Positions 48,126 through 58,046 of a stretch of DNA of 64,000 nucleotides are shown here, piece by piece. Every line of letters begins with the position of its first letter. The first letter of the stretch is position 1. The notes under the pieces were generated by a model. The model saw nothing but the letters and a program-made list of their open reading frames with translations. It did not search any database and was not told where the DNA came from. This DNA is from a bacterium (lineage in GTDB: Bacteria > T1Sed10-126): assembly GCA_003554945.1 (NCBI GenBank), contig PWHN01000057.1:380-64379 (forward strand), read 5' to 3'. The translations under genes and the position numbers were made by a program.

Positions 48126-48656
48126 ATGAGTAAAATGAGCAACGATGACTTAGAAAAGATTATTGAGCTTGACATTGAGTCCGAGCTGCAGCCGTGGCCT
48201 GAGGACATGAGTCAAATATTTGAGGCAGTTGTAACTACTGACAAAGTCGACGAACAGACCCTCCGCGAGTATCTTTACTCAACAAGGCCTTCCCTTAAGG
48301 ACATCTCCCGGGCACTTCAGATGGTCGCTGAAAGCCAGCGCAACAATATATCAAGCGACAGCTTTGAAAAAATTAGTCAGGGCCTAGAAATATTAGGACC
48401 ACAAGTTGACCTTGGACTACCGGACGAAGAACTGCAAAATGTCTACGACAGATTAATAGAGCTCCTGAAAAAAACTCAGGAAAATGGCGAAATTGATATT
48501 GATAAAGTAATTCTACACTCCATCTTCATACTGGTGGGGACCATAGTCGCCAGCATAACCATACCACATCTGATAAAAAAACGTGACGAATACGGCGATC
48601 AGGTGGGGAAAGCCATTGACTGGCTAAAAGATATTTTCCAAAAAGAAACAGACTAA
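48126..48656 (+). CDS. Hypothetical acidic protein with C-terminal hydrophobic segment
   Basis: ORF of about 176 aa with GGAGTG RBS; no recognised motif. Confidence 0.6.
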   Translation: MSKMSNDDLEKIIELDIESELQPWPEDMSQIFEAVVTTDKVDEQTLREYLYSTRPSLKDISRALQMVAESQRNNISSDSFEKISQGLEILGPQVDLGLPDEELQNVYDRLIELLKKTQENGEIDIDKVILHSIFILVGTIVASITIPHLIKKRDEYGDQVGKAIDWLKDIFQKETD

Positions 48657-48679
48657 TTTCAGTTATTAATAATTATTGT

Positions 48680-48708
48680 TTGCTACTGTAGCTTCTTTAT
48701 GCTATAGT
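48680..48708 (+). promoter_or_regulatory. Putative sigma70 promoter of the cold-shock gene
   Basis: TTGCTA-17 bp-TATAGT with extended -10 TG. Confidence 0.55.
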
Positions 48709-48795
48709 TTGGTTGAAAGCAACAGTTTAAAGCCTGACAGACCGTTATGACGGGCTTTCAGGTTAGAATACTACGCAGCAAAGGAGGTTGTCACA

Positions 48796-48996
48796 GTGCC
48801 AACAGGGACCGTTAAATGGTTTGATGACGCCAAGGGTTACGGCTTCATTGAACAAGAAACGGGCGAGGATGTATTTGTCCACTTCTCGGACATTGAAGTC
48901 GAAGGTTACAAAACCCTCGACGAAAACCAGGAAGTCGAGTTTGAACTCGAAGAAACTGAAAAAGGCCTCGCCGCTGTCGAAGTTACCCCGCTTTAG
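48796..48996 (+). CDS. Cold-shock protein (CspA family)
   Basis: [24 protein letters not shown]; AAGGAGG RBS. Confidence 0.97.
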   Translation: MPTGTVKWFDDAKGYGFIEQETGEDVFVHFSDIEVEGYKTLDENQEVEFELEETEKGLAAVEVTPL

Positions 48997-49024
48997 GTGA
49001 GGTTAAGTTCACCAAGCGTTATAT

Positions 49025-49068
49025 AAAAGAGCTTCCTCCGGGTTAACCCGGAGGAAGCTCTTTTTTTT
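49025..49068. terminator. Bidirectional intrinsic terminator
   Basis: AAAAGAGCTTCCTCCGGG-TTAA-CCCGGAGGAAGCTCTTTTTTTT between convergent genes. Confidence 0.9.
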
Positions 49069-49076
49069 GTACTGTT

Positions 49077-49829
49077 TTAGTCCTGCAGCCAGCGCTTCAT
49101 AAGCTCCAGAACACCGTAGGCCGCCTGGTTTTCCAGCAAGATTCCGTCGTTGCTTTTTACCGCTTCTCGGACGATCGGTTCAGCGTTGGCAACAGCAGCA
49201 GATAAATAGCCGTAACGCCCGTCAAGCATATCGATATCGTTGGCCGAATCACCAACACAAATAACCTCCGGTGACTCAAGCGAAGTAGTTCGCTCGAGCC
49301 GTTTCAAACAGCGTCCCTTCCCCACTTCTTTCGGGGCCAGTGTAAGATGAACACGATTACGCAGGGTCTGTTGCCCTTTTTTCAACATTTTTTTCAAAAA
49401 TTCTTCGGCTTCAATAGCCTCTGCTTCCGAAGCAAAAATTAAGTGCCCGTGCTCATTATCTGGCTCCAGCTCTGCTTTGTTAAGACAACGAAGAAGCTTG
49501 GGCAGTAGCTCCTTCCAATCACTATCAACTTCTTGAGTTCGACGCCGTAGTCTCGAATTCCACTCCTCATCAGCCTCAAATCTATCCCCTCTGTTAAAAT
49601 GGATAAACCTTTCTCGAGATATAATCGTTCCGGGACGCTGAGGCCAGTTCTCACTAAATTTACGCACCTGTTCAAAACTGCGGCCGGTCGCCACAATCCA
49701 GCGGCAGTCTTCTAATAGCTGACTATCAAGCAGGTAAAAAAATTCCCACGGTGGGTCGGTAGTGTCGGGTAAAAATAGAGTGCTATCAAGGTCGGTTACA
49801 AATACGCTAATATCGGCAAGTCGAGTCAT
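49077..49829 (-). CDS. HAD superfamily subfamily IIB hydrolase
   Basis: TDLDSTL, ATGR, GKG, GDSANDIDM. Confidence 0.88.
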   Translation of the reverse strand: MTRLADISVFVTDLDSTLFLPDTTDPPWEFFYLLDSQLLEDCRWIVATGRSFEQVRKFSENWPQRPGTIISRERFIHFNRGDRFEADEEWNSRLRRRTQEVDSDWKELLPKLLRCLNKAELEPDNEHGHLIFASEAEAIEAEEFLKKMLKKGQQTLRNRVHLTLAPKEVGKGRCLKRLERTTSLESPEVICVGDSANDIDMLDGRYGYLSAAVANAEPIVREAVKSNDGILLENQAAYGVLELMKRWLQD

Positions 49830-50456
49830 CTAACCGGCTGCTTTTTCAGCTGCTGCCTCCAGCTTTGGCTCGTAAAAATTTAACAGCTCACAGTAAATAC
49901 GATAATTTTTGCGGGCGCCCGATAGACCGGTGTGAGTGGTAGGGTCATCAGCATTGTAGTGCTGCGGCTCATCGTCCAGGCCAAGCAGGTCAATAATCTC
50001 ACTGGAGTGCAATTTACTTATCCCCATTCCCCAGGCCAGTGAGGGCAAATCCATCACATAGTCGTGCACAACGTCAATATGTTTTCCCGCTTTTTGAAAC
50101 ATCTGATCCAGAAAAGCAGAGTCAAACGAAGAACGATAAGCACTCATCATCACCTGCTTATCGGCCGCATGTTCGTCATAAAAATCAACTATTTCTTCCA
50201 CTGTTTCCTCGGCGGTTAAGGTGTCAAACTCCTCCCACTTCTCCACACTGAAGCCGTTACAACGGGCGGCTCCGGGCATCGTCCGCTCGGGATGTGCGGG
50301 CATAACGCGACGGTGATAATTGGCTATCTCACCATCCCGCGGATCAGCAAGTACTATTCCCACGTCGATAACTTCATGATAACCGGGATTGAGCCCGGTT
50401 GTTTCTACGTCGGTAAAGGCTATCAGCCAGTCCTCTTCTTCAAATATAGCTAACAT
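49830..50456 (-). CDS. DEDDh-type 3'-5' exonuclease domain protein
   Basis: DVETTGL, SFD, C-terminal His; last acidic residue appears replaced. Confidence 0.75.
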   Translation of the reverse strand: MLAIFEEEDWLIAFTDVETTGLNPGYHEVIDVGIVLADPRDGEIANYHRRVMPAHPERTMPGAARCNGFSVEKWEEFDTLTAEETVEEIVDFYDEHAADKQVMMSAYRSSFDSAFLDQMFQKAGKHIDVVHDYVMDLPSLAWGMGISKLHSSEIIDLLGLDDEPQHYNADDPTTHTGLSGARKNYRIYCELLNFYEPKLEAAAEKAAG

Positions 50457-50586
50457 GTTTTATTTTCCTTTTTTGTTATGGGATTATATTCAAAACTAAG
50501 CTGCATTATGCATCAACTGTTGTTATTTTTAAGCCTTAAAATATATCACGGGAAGAGATAGAAATCAAGTGTTTGGAAGATTTGGC

Positions 50587-50628
50587 AAAAAAATAAAAAT
50601 CCGGCGGCAGTGACCCGCCACCGGATTT
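50587..50628 (-). terminator. Intrinsic terminator
   Basis: Minus strand AAATCCGGTGGC-loop-GCCGCCGGATTT followed by a T run. Confidence 0.75.
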
Positions 50629-50659
50629 CAACAACTATTCCCAACTTGGCCGTCGAAGC

Positions 50660-50977
50660 TTACAGCGATGATTCCTCCGAACTACTGCAGGCTGCGCTGC
50701 AGGTGCGGACCATATCTACGGCAAAAATAATTAACGCAAAAGCACCAAGTATTGCCGGGATTATGTAAACATCGATATCACCTTCAAATTTCAGGGCCTC
50801 AAACCAGTGCCCGAATACGGGTGTTCCCAGCCAGGCACCTAACCACCCAATAATTACTTTGTTCACAAAAGAATCCCATCCACCTCTAACGCTATAGCCG
50901 CTAAAGTGTAATATCAGTGAGACAACTACACTTATAACGAGCAGTATTAAAAAACTCAAAAAACACATGCCAATCAT
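50660..50977 (-). CDS. GlsB/YeaQ/YmgE-like small membrane protein
   Basis: IIGWLGAWLG, IIPAILGA, three TM segments. Confidence 0.7.
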   Translation of the reverse strand: MIGMCFLSFLILLVISVVVSLILHFSGYSVRGGWDSFVNKVIIGWLGAWLGTPVFGHWFEALKFEGDIDVYIIPAILGAFALIIFAVDMVRTCSAACSSSEESSL

Positions 50978-51193
50978 GCTGAATCCCTCCTAAAGTGTGA
51001 TTGATAACTCTTTGCCACATCGTTACAATATACAACACCAATTGTTTATTATCAAGATTAAAATTAATTATGGGGAAATTTGCCGAAGAGATCCTAAAAT
51101 TGCCCACGTTGAGTGACTTTTTTCAGGGGAGCAAAAGCCAATTTCCTGGACAACGGGAAAAACAAAGTCCAAAAGCCAAAAATGGCGGGAAAT

Positions 51194-51274
51194 GCCCCAT
51201 CACACTTGCGCATTTTCGCAAATGATCATTTGATCATTTGCGCAATTGCGAAAATGTGCAAATGACTGGGGGAT
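51194..51274. repeat. Palindromic octamer array
   Basis: Eight in-phase 8-mers 51203-51266 (CACTTGCG CATTTTCG CAAATGAT CATTTGAT CATTTGCG CAATTGCG AAAATGTG CAAATGAC) forming a long hairpin. Confidence 0.75.
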
Positions 51275-51278
51275 TTGG

Positions 51279-51941
51279 TTAGTTGGTACAGCTCTCTTGT
51301 TCTAACTCTTGAAGGCGACCGTAAAGTTCTTTTTCCTCTTCTCGCAGACAGATACGGCTGTTGTCCTGTGTCTGCAGGTCGCGATCCACTCTATCAAAAT
51401 TTATCGACAGCCCCAGTGATTCAAAACCGTCCTTAACGTGCTGGGCGCGGTTAATTATGGACTCATAGCTAATAATTATACTATCCTCCACGTTCTCGTA
51501 AGCGGCGATCAAGGCGTTATTATTCTTAAACCAGGATAATGAAAATTCTCCCAATCCACGTTTGAAAAGGCTGGCTTTTACGTCGGCAGGGTGACGATAA
51601 ATAAGGACGAGCCGCAAATTTTTAGCGACATGACGATAGAAAAAAAGTGCCGGCACGCGCACCAGTTTCAACCCAGCGGTCCCTTGAACATCATTCAAAA
51701 GGCGAACCACCTTGTTCATCCGCCCGGTTATTTCTGGAGTCATGGCCTTCTGCAGCAGCTCTTTGGAAAGCTCCTTGGCCTGTTTTATTTCGTAATAGCC
51801 GGCACGATTGTAGTCGTCCCCCTCAAAATCAGAAGGAAAAGTAACGCCTGCACTTTCCACAAGTTGGCAGGCAAGCGAAGTTCCAGAGCGGGGATGACCG
51901 GCAACTAAAACGGCGTCGTCAAGCATTACAGCTTTTGCCAA
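51279..51941 (-). CDS. Sulfotransferase family protein
   Basis: GHPRSGTS, YRHPADVKAS, ISYE. Confidence 0.8.
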   Translation of the reverse strand: MAKAVMLDDAVLVAGHPRSGTSLACQLVESAGVTFPSDFEGDDYNRAGYYEIKQAKELSKELLQKAMTPEITGRMNKVVRLLNDVQGTAGLKLVRVPALFFYRHVAKNLRLVLIYRHPADVKASLFKRGLGEFSLSWFKNNNALIAAYENVEDSIIISYESIINRAQHVKDGFESLGLSINFDRVDRDLQTQDNSRICLREEEKELYGRLQELEQESCTN

Positions 51942-51947
51942 GACAAA

Positions 51948-54602
51948 TCACTCCTTCTGGAGCAAAGAAATAGTCTGCTCCAGCCTTTCAACCTCGTCCT
52001 CTACTTCAAGAAGCTCTTCCTTGCTTTCTTCAATAACGCCCAGCGGGGCATTCTCAAGAAATTGTGGGTTCTCCAGCCGCTGATTTAGCTCTTCAATACG
52101 CTGCTGCCGGTCGGCAAGATCAGACTGGAGACGTTCCGTTTCTTTTTGAACATCAATAACTCCGGCCAGCGGCAGGAGAATTGTTCCAAAATCAAGCACT
52201 TCGGTCGAACAGAGCTTGGGCTGTTGTCCATCCGTCAGTTCGAATGATTCCACCCCGACCAGTTTTTGCACATAAGGCTCCATTTCCAGCAGTTTTTGAC
52301 TTGCCTGTTCTTCCGGGTCAATCAGCAGACTGACGCCTGAGCTACGCTGAACGTTAAACTCTTTCTTCAAATGGCGGCCGGAGCGAATTACCTCCTGAAG
52401 CTGCTCGACAACTGCAAGTGATTTTTGATCTAACCACTGTTCGGGCGGCGACGGCCACTCGGTATTTATAATTAGCTTACCATTGGGATTAAGCCTACCA
52501 TAAAGCTCCTCCGTCAAATGCGGCATTACCGGGTGAAGAGCCTTCAGAGATTCCACAAGAACCCGGTAGAGAACTCGCTCAACGTTACGCTGTTCTTCAC
52601 CGGCGCTAACATCAAGCCGTATTTTTGAAAACTCTATATACCAGTCACAGTATTCGTGCCAGAAAAACTGATAAAGGTTGTCCGCGTAGCGGTCAAAATT
52701 ATAGTTTTCCAATGCTTCCGTAGCAGCTTCCATACGCTCCTTAAAACGGCCAAGTATCCATTTTTCAATAGCAGAACAGTGTTCAATTTCAATTGGTTCG
52801 ACGAGATATTGAGCAGTGGGGTCATCAAGTGCAAAATCAAGATAACGAACGGCGTTCCAGATCTTGTTGGCGAAATTCCGAAAACCTTTTACACGATCAT
52901 ATGAGAGCCTTATGTCGCGACCCTGGGCGGCAAGGGCGCAGAGTGTAAAACGCAATGCATCACAGCCGTACTCATCAATCACGTCGAGCGGGTCAATAAC
53001 GTTCCCCAGCGATTTACTCATCTTCTCGCCGGACTCGGTTCTAATAAGTGCATGAATATAAACGTCGTCGAAGGGGCGCTCGTCCATGCAGTAATAACCC
53101 ATCATAATCATCCGGGCAACCCAAAAATAAATTATGTCAAAGCCGGTGGAGAGTACATCGGTAGGATAAAAAGCTTCCAGATCTGCAGTATCCTCAGGCC
53201 AACCGAGAGTGGAGAAGGGCCAGAGGGCCGAAGAAAACCAGGTGTCCAGAACATCTGAATCCTGCTCCAGGTCAACCTGCTTACCATAAATTTCTTGCGC
53301 TTTTTCCTCAGCTTCCTCTTCACTGCGAGCGACTATGGTCTCACCGTCCGGACCATACCAGACGGGAATTCGGTGGCCCCACCATATCTGACGGCTGATA
53401 CACCAGTCGCGAATGTTCTCCATCCACTCAAAATAAGTCTTTTCCCAGCGTTCAGGATAAAATTGAACCTCGTCGTCCTTGACCGCTTCGATGGCCGGTT
53501 CCGCCAGGGGTTCCATTGAAACAAACCACTGTTTGGAAACATAGGGCTCAATCTCGGTATCACAGCGGTAGCAGTGCCCAACGTCATGGGAATAAGGTTC
53601 AATCTCTAACAAGTAATCCTGTTGTTTTAAGTCTTCAACCACTTTTTCACGAACTTCGTAGCGATCAAGCCCGGCGTAGGGCTGACCGGCATTCTGATTG
53701 TAGGTTCCGTCTTCATTCAATAGGTTAATTAACTCCAGTCCGTGGTCCTCGCCAATTCTAAAGTCCAGGTCGTCGTGCCCCGGTGTGATTTTTACAAGAC
53801 CTGAACCAAAATCGGGATCGACACGATCGTCAGCAACAACTGGCAGCTCACGCTCAACAAGTGGGAGCAAGGCTTTCTCGCCTTCCAGATGAGTATAACG
53901 CTCATCACGGAGATGAAAAGCAACGGCGGTATCGCCAAGCATCGTCTCCGGCCGGGTGGTGGCAATGTGCAGGTAATCGTCTGAATTCAAAAGCGGATAC
54001 TTTATATGATACCAGTGGCCGTCAACCTCCTGATGTTCCACTTCAACGTCAGAAAGAGCGGTATGACAGCGGGGACACCAATTTACGATGTAGTCGCCCT
54101 GGTAGATAAGTTCATCCTCGTAAAGTCTGATAAAAACTTCGGTGACAGCACGGGAAAGTCCTTCGTCAAGCGTAAAACGCTCGCGGCTCCAATCACATGA
54201 AACACCAAGAGCCTTAAGCTGATGAATAATCTGATCCCCGTATTCCTGCTTCCACTCCCAGACACGGTCGAGAAATTTTTCTCGCCCAAGCTCCTCGCGA
54301 CTACTGCCTTCTTCTGCAAGCTGTCGCTCTACCACATTCTGGGTGGCAATGCCGGCGTGGTCGGTGCCAGGCAGCCAGAGGACTTCGTATCCCTGTAAAT
54401 TACGCCAGCGGGCTAAAACATCCTGCAGAGTACAGTTGAGCGCATGTCCCATGTGAAGCGTTCCCGTAACATTTGGAGGGGGAATAACCATTGAAAATTT
54501 TTCTCGTTCTGAACTGTCCTCAGCGGCAAAAACCCCCGCTTCCAGCCATTTTTCGTAAATATCCTTTTCAAAATTTTTAGGATCGTAATCTTCTATCTTC
54601 AA
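51948..54602 (-). CDS. valS: Valine--tRNA ligase
   Basis: PPPNVTGTLHMGH, DHAGIATQ, DWCISRQ, KMSKS. Confidence 0.98.
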   Translation of the reverse strand: MKIEDYDPKNFEKDIYEKWLEAGVFAAEDSSEREKFSMVIPPPNVTGTLHMGHALNCTLQDVLARWRNLQGYEVLWLPGTDHAGIATQNVVERQLAEEGSSREELGREKFLDRVWEWKQEYGDQIIHQLKALGVSCDWSRERFTLDEGLSRAVTEVFIRLYEDELIYQGDYIVNWCPRCHTALSDVEVEHQEVDGHWYHIKYPLLNSDDYLHIATTRPETMLGDTAVAFHLRDERYTHLEGEKALLPLVERELPVVADDRVDPDFGSGLVKITPGHDDLDFRIGEDHGLELINLLNEDGTYNQNAGQPYAGLDRYEVREKVVEDLKQQDYLLEIEPYSHDVGHCYRCDTEIEPYVSKQWFVSMEPLAEPAIEAVKDDEVQFYPERWEKTYFEWMENIRDWCISRQIWWGHRIPVWYGPDGETIVARSEEEAEEKAQEIYGKQVDLEQDSDVLDTWFSSALWPFSTLGWPEDTADLEAFYPTDVLSTGFDIIYFWVARMIMMGYYCMDERPFDDVYIHALIRTESGEKMSKSLGNVIDPLDVIDEYGCDALRFTLCALAAQGRDIRLSYDRVKGFRNFANKIWNAVRYLDFALDDPTAQYLVEPIEIEHCSAIEKWILGRFKERMEAATEALENYNFDRYADNLYQFFWHEYCDWYIEFSKIRLDVSAGEEQRNVERVLYRVLVESLKALHPVMPHLTEELYGRLNPNGKLIINTEWPSPPEQWLDQKSLAVVEQLQEVIRSGRHLKKEFNVQRSSGVSLLIDPEEQASQKLLEMEPYVQKLVGVESFELTDGQQPKLCSTEVLDFGTILLPLAGVIDVQKETERLQSDLADRQQRIEELNQRLENPQFLENAPLGVIEESKEELLEVEDEVERLEQTISLLQKE

Positions 54603-54635
54603 TTATGAGCCTCCTTTTTCTTTTTCGTTATCATT

Positions 54636-54695
54636 CTCCCCCTCTCCCTGCCCCTCTCCTCCCCCAATGGGGGAGAAAATACAAAAGAGGGGGAC
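54636..54695. repeat. REP-like C/G-rich palindrome
   Basis: CTCCCCCTCTCCC...CTCCCCCAATGGGGGAG...GAGGGGGAC between cimA and valS. Confidence 0.6.
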
Positions 54696-56263
54696 TAGTC
54701 CCGCGTTTTCATTAGCTTATAATCCACACCATCTGTGAGAGCTTCCCAGCTCGCTTCAATTATATTCTCCGAGACACCGACCGTACTCCATGATTCCTCC
54801 TGGTCGGCCATAGTAATAAGCACCCGTACTTTGGCGGCGGTGCCGGCACGCTCGTCAAGAACCCGCACCTTAAAATCTGTTAAATGGGCTTCCTTCAGTT
54901 CAGGATAAAAAGGGTCAAGCGCCTTACCGAGTGCTTTGTCCAGTGCATTAACAGGACCGACTCCGTCAGCGGCAGTATGCTCTATCTGATCGCCAACTCT
55001 AACTTTAATTGTCGCCTCACAAAGCCGCTGAACATCCTCCTTCTGTTCACTTATAACTCGAAATCCATCAAGACTGAAGTAAACCCTATGCTTCCCCTGC
55101 AGTTCGTTTACCAGGATTTCAAAAGAACCGTCAGCGGCTTCATACTGATAACCTTTATTCTCTAACTCTTTAACCTTTTCGACGATTTTCGTAACTTCGT
55201 CCCTGTCCTCAATGTCAAGGCCCAGCTCTTCGGCTTTCTGCAGGACATTGCTTTTACCGGAGAGCTCACTTACCAGGACCCGGCGGGAATTACCAACCAG
55301 CTCCGGCTGTAGGTGTTCATAAGTCTCGGGGTTGCGCCGAACAGCACTAACGTGAATGCCACCTTTGTGAGCGAAAGCGGAGTCACCAACGTAAGGCTTG
55401 CGGTGATCTGGAGAGATGTTCGCAACCTCGTAAACAAAACGACTGGTCCGGCGCAGATTTTTTAATTTTTCTTTGCCTACCGTTTCATACCCCATTTTAA
55501 AGGTCAGGTTGGGCAAAATTGCAGTCAAATCAGCATTACCACAGCGTTCGCCGAGGCCATTGATAGTGCCGTGAACATGAACGGCACCAGCGCGCACGGC
55601 AGCCAGGGTATTTGCAACTCCACAGGCCGAGTCGTTGTGGGCATGAATACCCAGCGGGGTGTCTACAGCTTCAGCGGTTTTGGCGGTAATTTCATAAATC
55701 TCATGGGGTAAACGGCCGCCGTTAGTTTCACACAAACAGAGGCAGTCGGCACCCGCCTCCGCGGCGACGCGGATGGTTTTTATAGCATACTCGGGATCGT
55801 CGGCGTAGGCATCGAAGTAATGCTCGGCGTCGTAAATGACTTCTCGCCCCGCTTCCTTGACGTGAGAGACGGAACTAAAAATCATGTCCAGGTTTTCCTC
55901 CGGTTCAACCTGCAGTGCATCCTCAACATGCAGCCTCCATGTTTTACCAAAGATAGCAACAGCCGGCGTTTCCGACTCCAACAGCGCCTGAATGTTTGGG
56001 TCTTCAGAGGGTTTATTGTTAGCGTGTCGGGTACTACCGAATGAAGTCAGGGTTGAATTTTTTAGATTCTCCTTTTTCATCTGCGCAAAATATTCCATAT
56101 CCTTCGGATTTGAACCCGGCCAGCCGCCTTCTATATAATCAAGCCCCAACTCGTCAAGATGACGAGTTATGCGCAGTTTATCCTCAAGCGAAAATGAAAT
56201 GTTTTCCGCCTGTGAGCCGTCACGCAGTGTTGTATCGTAAATATCAATTTTCATTATTATCAC
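54695..56263 (-). CDS. cimA: Citramalate synthase
   Basis: [52 protein letters not shown]. Confidence 0.9.
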   Translation of the reverse strand: MIIMKIDIYDTTLRDGSQAENISFSLEDKLRITRHLDELGLDYIEGGWPGSNPKDMEYFAQMKKENLKNSTLTSFGSTRHANNKPSEDPNIQALLESETPAVAIFGKTWRLHVEDALQVEPEENLDMIFSSVSHVKEAGREVIYDAEHYFDAYADDPEYAIKTIRVAAEAGADCLCLCETNGGRLPHEIYEITAKTAEAVDTPLGIHAHNDSACGVANTLAAVRAGAVHVHGTINGLGERCGNADLTAILPNLTFKMGYETVGKEKLKNLRRTSRFVYEVANISPDHRKPYVGDSAFAHKGGIHVSAVRRNPETYEHLQPELVGNSRRVLVSELSGKSNVLQKAEELGLDIEDRDEVTKIVEKVKELENKGYQYEAADGSFEILVNELQGKHRVYFSLDGFRVISEQKEDVQRLCEATIKVRVGDQIEHTAADGVGPVNALDKALGKALDPFYPELKEAHLTDFKVRVLDERAGTAAKVRVLITMADQEESWSTVGVSENIIEASWEALTDGVDYKLMKTRD

Positions 56264-56337
56264 GTCCTACAATTAATAGTAGCTGTTCAACTCTATTCGC
56301 GTCCCCGCCAGATTAAATTACGAACAACGGAAAATAT

Positions 56338-57552
56338 TCACAGTTCATAGACATCGTGCAGGATCTGGACAGCCTCATCGCTCTGCTTTTCACTGACCAG
56401 AACAGAGATTTTTATTTCCGATGTGGAGATAGTCTCGATGTTGATCCCGGCCCCTCCAAGAGCGTTAAAAAGCTTTTGCGCCACCCCGGGGTGGTTACGC
56501 ATACCGGACCCGACAACAGAAACCTTGGAAATGGCGTCATCTGTTGTTAATTCGCTGCCACAACCGGTTTCAACCAGTTCATCCAGGATTTCCAGAGCTT
56601 CAGCCGAGTCAGTGCGCGAGACGGTAAAAGAAATATCGTTGGCACCTTCCTTGTGGACCGGACTGCTCTGAACGATCATGTCCACATTGATATCAGCATC
56701 AGCCAGGGCACCAAATATCTTCCCTGCCATGCCCGGTTTGTCGGGTACATCAAGTACCGTAAATCGTGTCTGATCATCATCGGACGTAACTGCTCTTACC
56801 TCTACATCTTCCATATCTTCATCACTTCCTGTAATAATTGTTCCAATTTGGTCGTTAAAACTTGATCTAACATGTAACTTTACGTTATATTTCCAGGCAA
56901 ATTCAACGGCTCTTACCTGAAGCACCTCAGCACCCAGGCTGGCCAGCTCCAGCATTTCTTCAGGACTGATCCTATCAATTTTATGCGCTCCTTTTACCAC
57001 CTGAGGATTAGCCGTGAAGACACCGTCAACATCCGTATAAATTTCACATTCGTCAGCATCAAGCGCTGCGGCCAATGCAACGGCCGTAGTATCCGAACCC
57101 CCACGGCCAAGTGTTGTCACGTCCTCCTCCTCGGTAATACCCTGAAAACCGGCGGCTATGACTATATTCCCCGCCTCCAGCTCCTGCCTCAGACGCTGGT
57201 CATCAATATTCAAAATACGGGCCTTTGTGTGGGTAAAATCCGTTTTAATACCAAGCTGATGTGCAATCAGGGCTCGAGCGTCCTTGCCTTCGTCGGCGAC
57301 CGCCATGGCTAACAAAGCGCTGCTGATAACTTCACCGGTTGACATCAACAGATCCATCTCACGTTTCGGACGAATGTTGGAGACCTCCTCGGCCAACTCA
57401 ATTAACTCGTCTGTAGTATCTCCAAGCGCCGATACCACGGCGACAACTTGATTGCCCTGATCTGCCGTTTCTACTATCCGGCGGGCAACATTTTTTATTT
57501 TATCAACATCGGCGACCGAACTGCCGCCGTATTTCTGAACGTGTAATTCCAT
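56338..57552 (-). CDS. lysC: Aspartate kinase
   Basis: VQKYGGSSV, TLGRGGSDTTA, YTDVDG, two ACT domains. Confidence 0.95.
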   Translation of the reverse strand: MELHVQKYGGSSVADVDKIKNVARRIVETADQGNQVVAVVSALGDTTDELIELAEEVSNIRPKREMDLLMSTGEVISSALLAMAVADEGKDARALIAHQLGIKTDFTHTKARILNIDDQRLRQELEAGNIVIAAGFQGITEEEDVTTLGRGGSDTTAVALAAALDADECEIYTDVDGVFTANPQVVKGAHKIDRISPEEMLELASLGAEVLQVRAVEFAWKYNVKLHVRSSFNDQIGTIITGSDEDMEDVEVRAVTSDDDQTRFTVLDVPDKPGMAGKIFGALADADINVDMIVQSSPVHKEGANDISFTVSRTDSAEALEILDELVETGCGSELTTDDAISKVSVVGSGMRNHPGVAQKLFNALGGAGINIETISTSEIKISVLVSEKQSDEAVQILHDVYEL

Positions 57553-57621
57553 TTTACATACTCCTTAAATTGATTTGTCAAAATCATACCACAGCCAAAA
57601 CCTTCCGGTGTCATTCCTCCT

Positions 57622-57691
57622 CCCCTTTTTGAAAGGGGAAAGACAACGGGGACCATAAAAAATGGATTGCGGGGCGGGGCCCGCAATAACG
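57622..57691. repeat. Composite REP-like repeat
   Basis: CCCCTTTTTGAAAGGGGAAAGACAACGGG...AATGGATTGCGGGGCGGGGCCCGCAATAAC, close to the copy at 26475-26543. Confidence 0.8.
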
Positions 57692-57733
57692 AACTCGTTG
57701 GAAGATTCCGTGCCACAACAAGCCATTACAGGC

Positions 57734-58011
57734 GGCTCTGTTGAAATCCTTACTGGAGTCAGGCTACTCAAAGGTGTTGGGGCTCATTCTTCCGAGCACT
57801 CAATTTAAAGCGTAAGAAGTAATAGATGTCAAAATTTGCTTTCATATGTTTTATTGAGTGCTCGGTCCGAGGTATATCTGGCAAAAATCAGATCATCCAG
57901 GATCTATTGCCAGCTATAAATCCGTCAAACACCTTCGAGTAGCCTAATTAAAGTTTATAGATATTTAAATCAATTGCTCTCTAAGATAGCAAAAAGGATT
58001 TCAACAGAGCC
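57734..58011. mobile_element. Nested inverted-repeat (MITE-like) element
   Basis: Three nested IR pairs: 18/18 bp (57734-57751 / 57994-58011), 17/18 bp (57761-57778 / 57928-57945), 13/13 bp (57792-57804 / 57853-57865); no ORF. Confidence 0.6.
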
Positions 58012-58046
58012 TTATAGCCGCTTGCCAGTAATTATGTCATATCTGT

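Noticed and set aside
57560-58040. Lysine riboswitch upstream of lysC
   Set aside because: Could not find the conserved AGAGG..GC core; region is explained by REP and nested IRs; an Rfam scan would settle it
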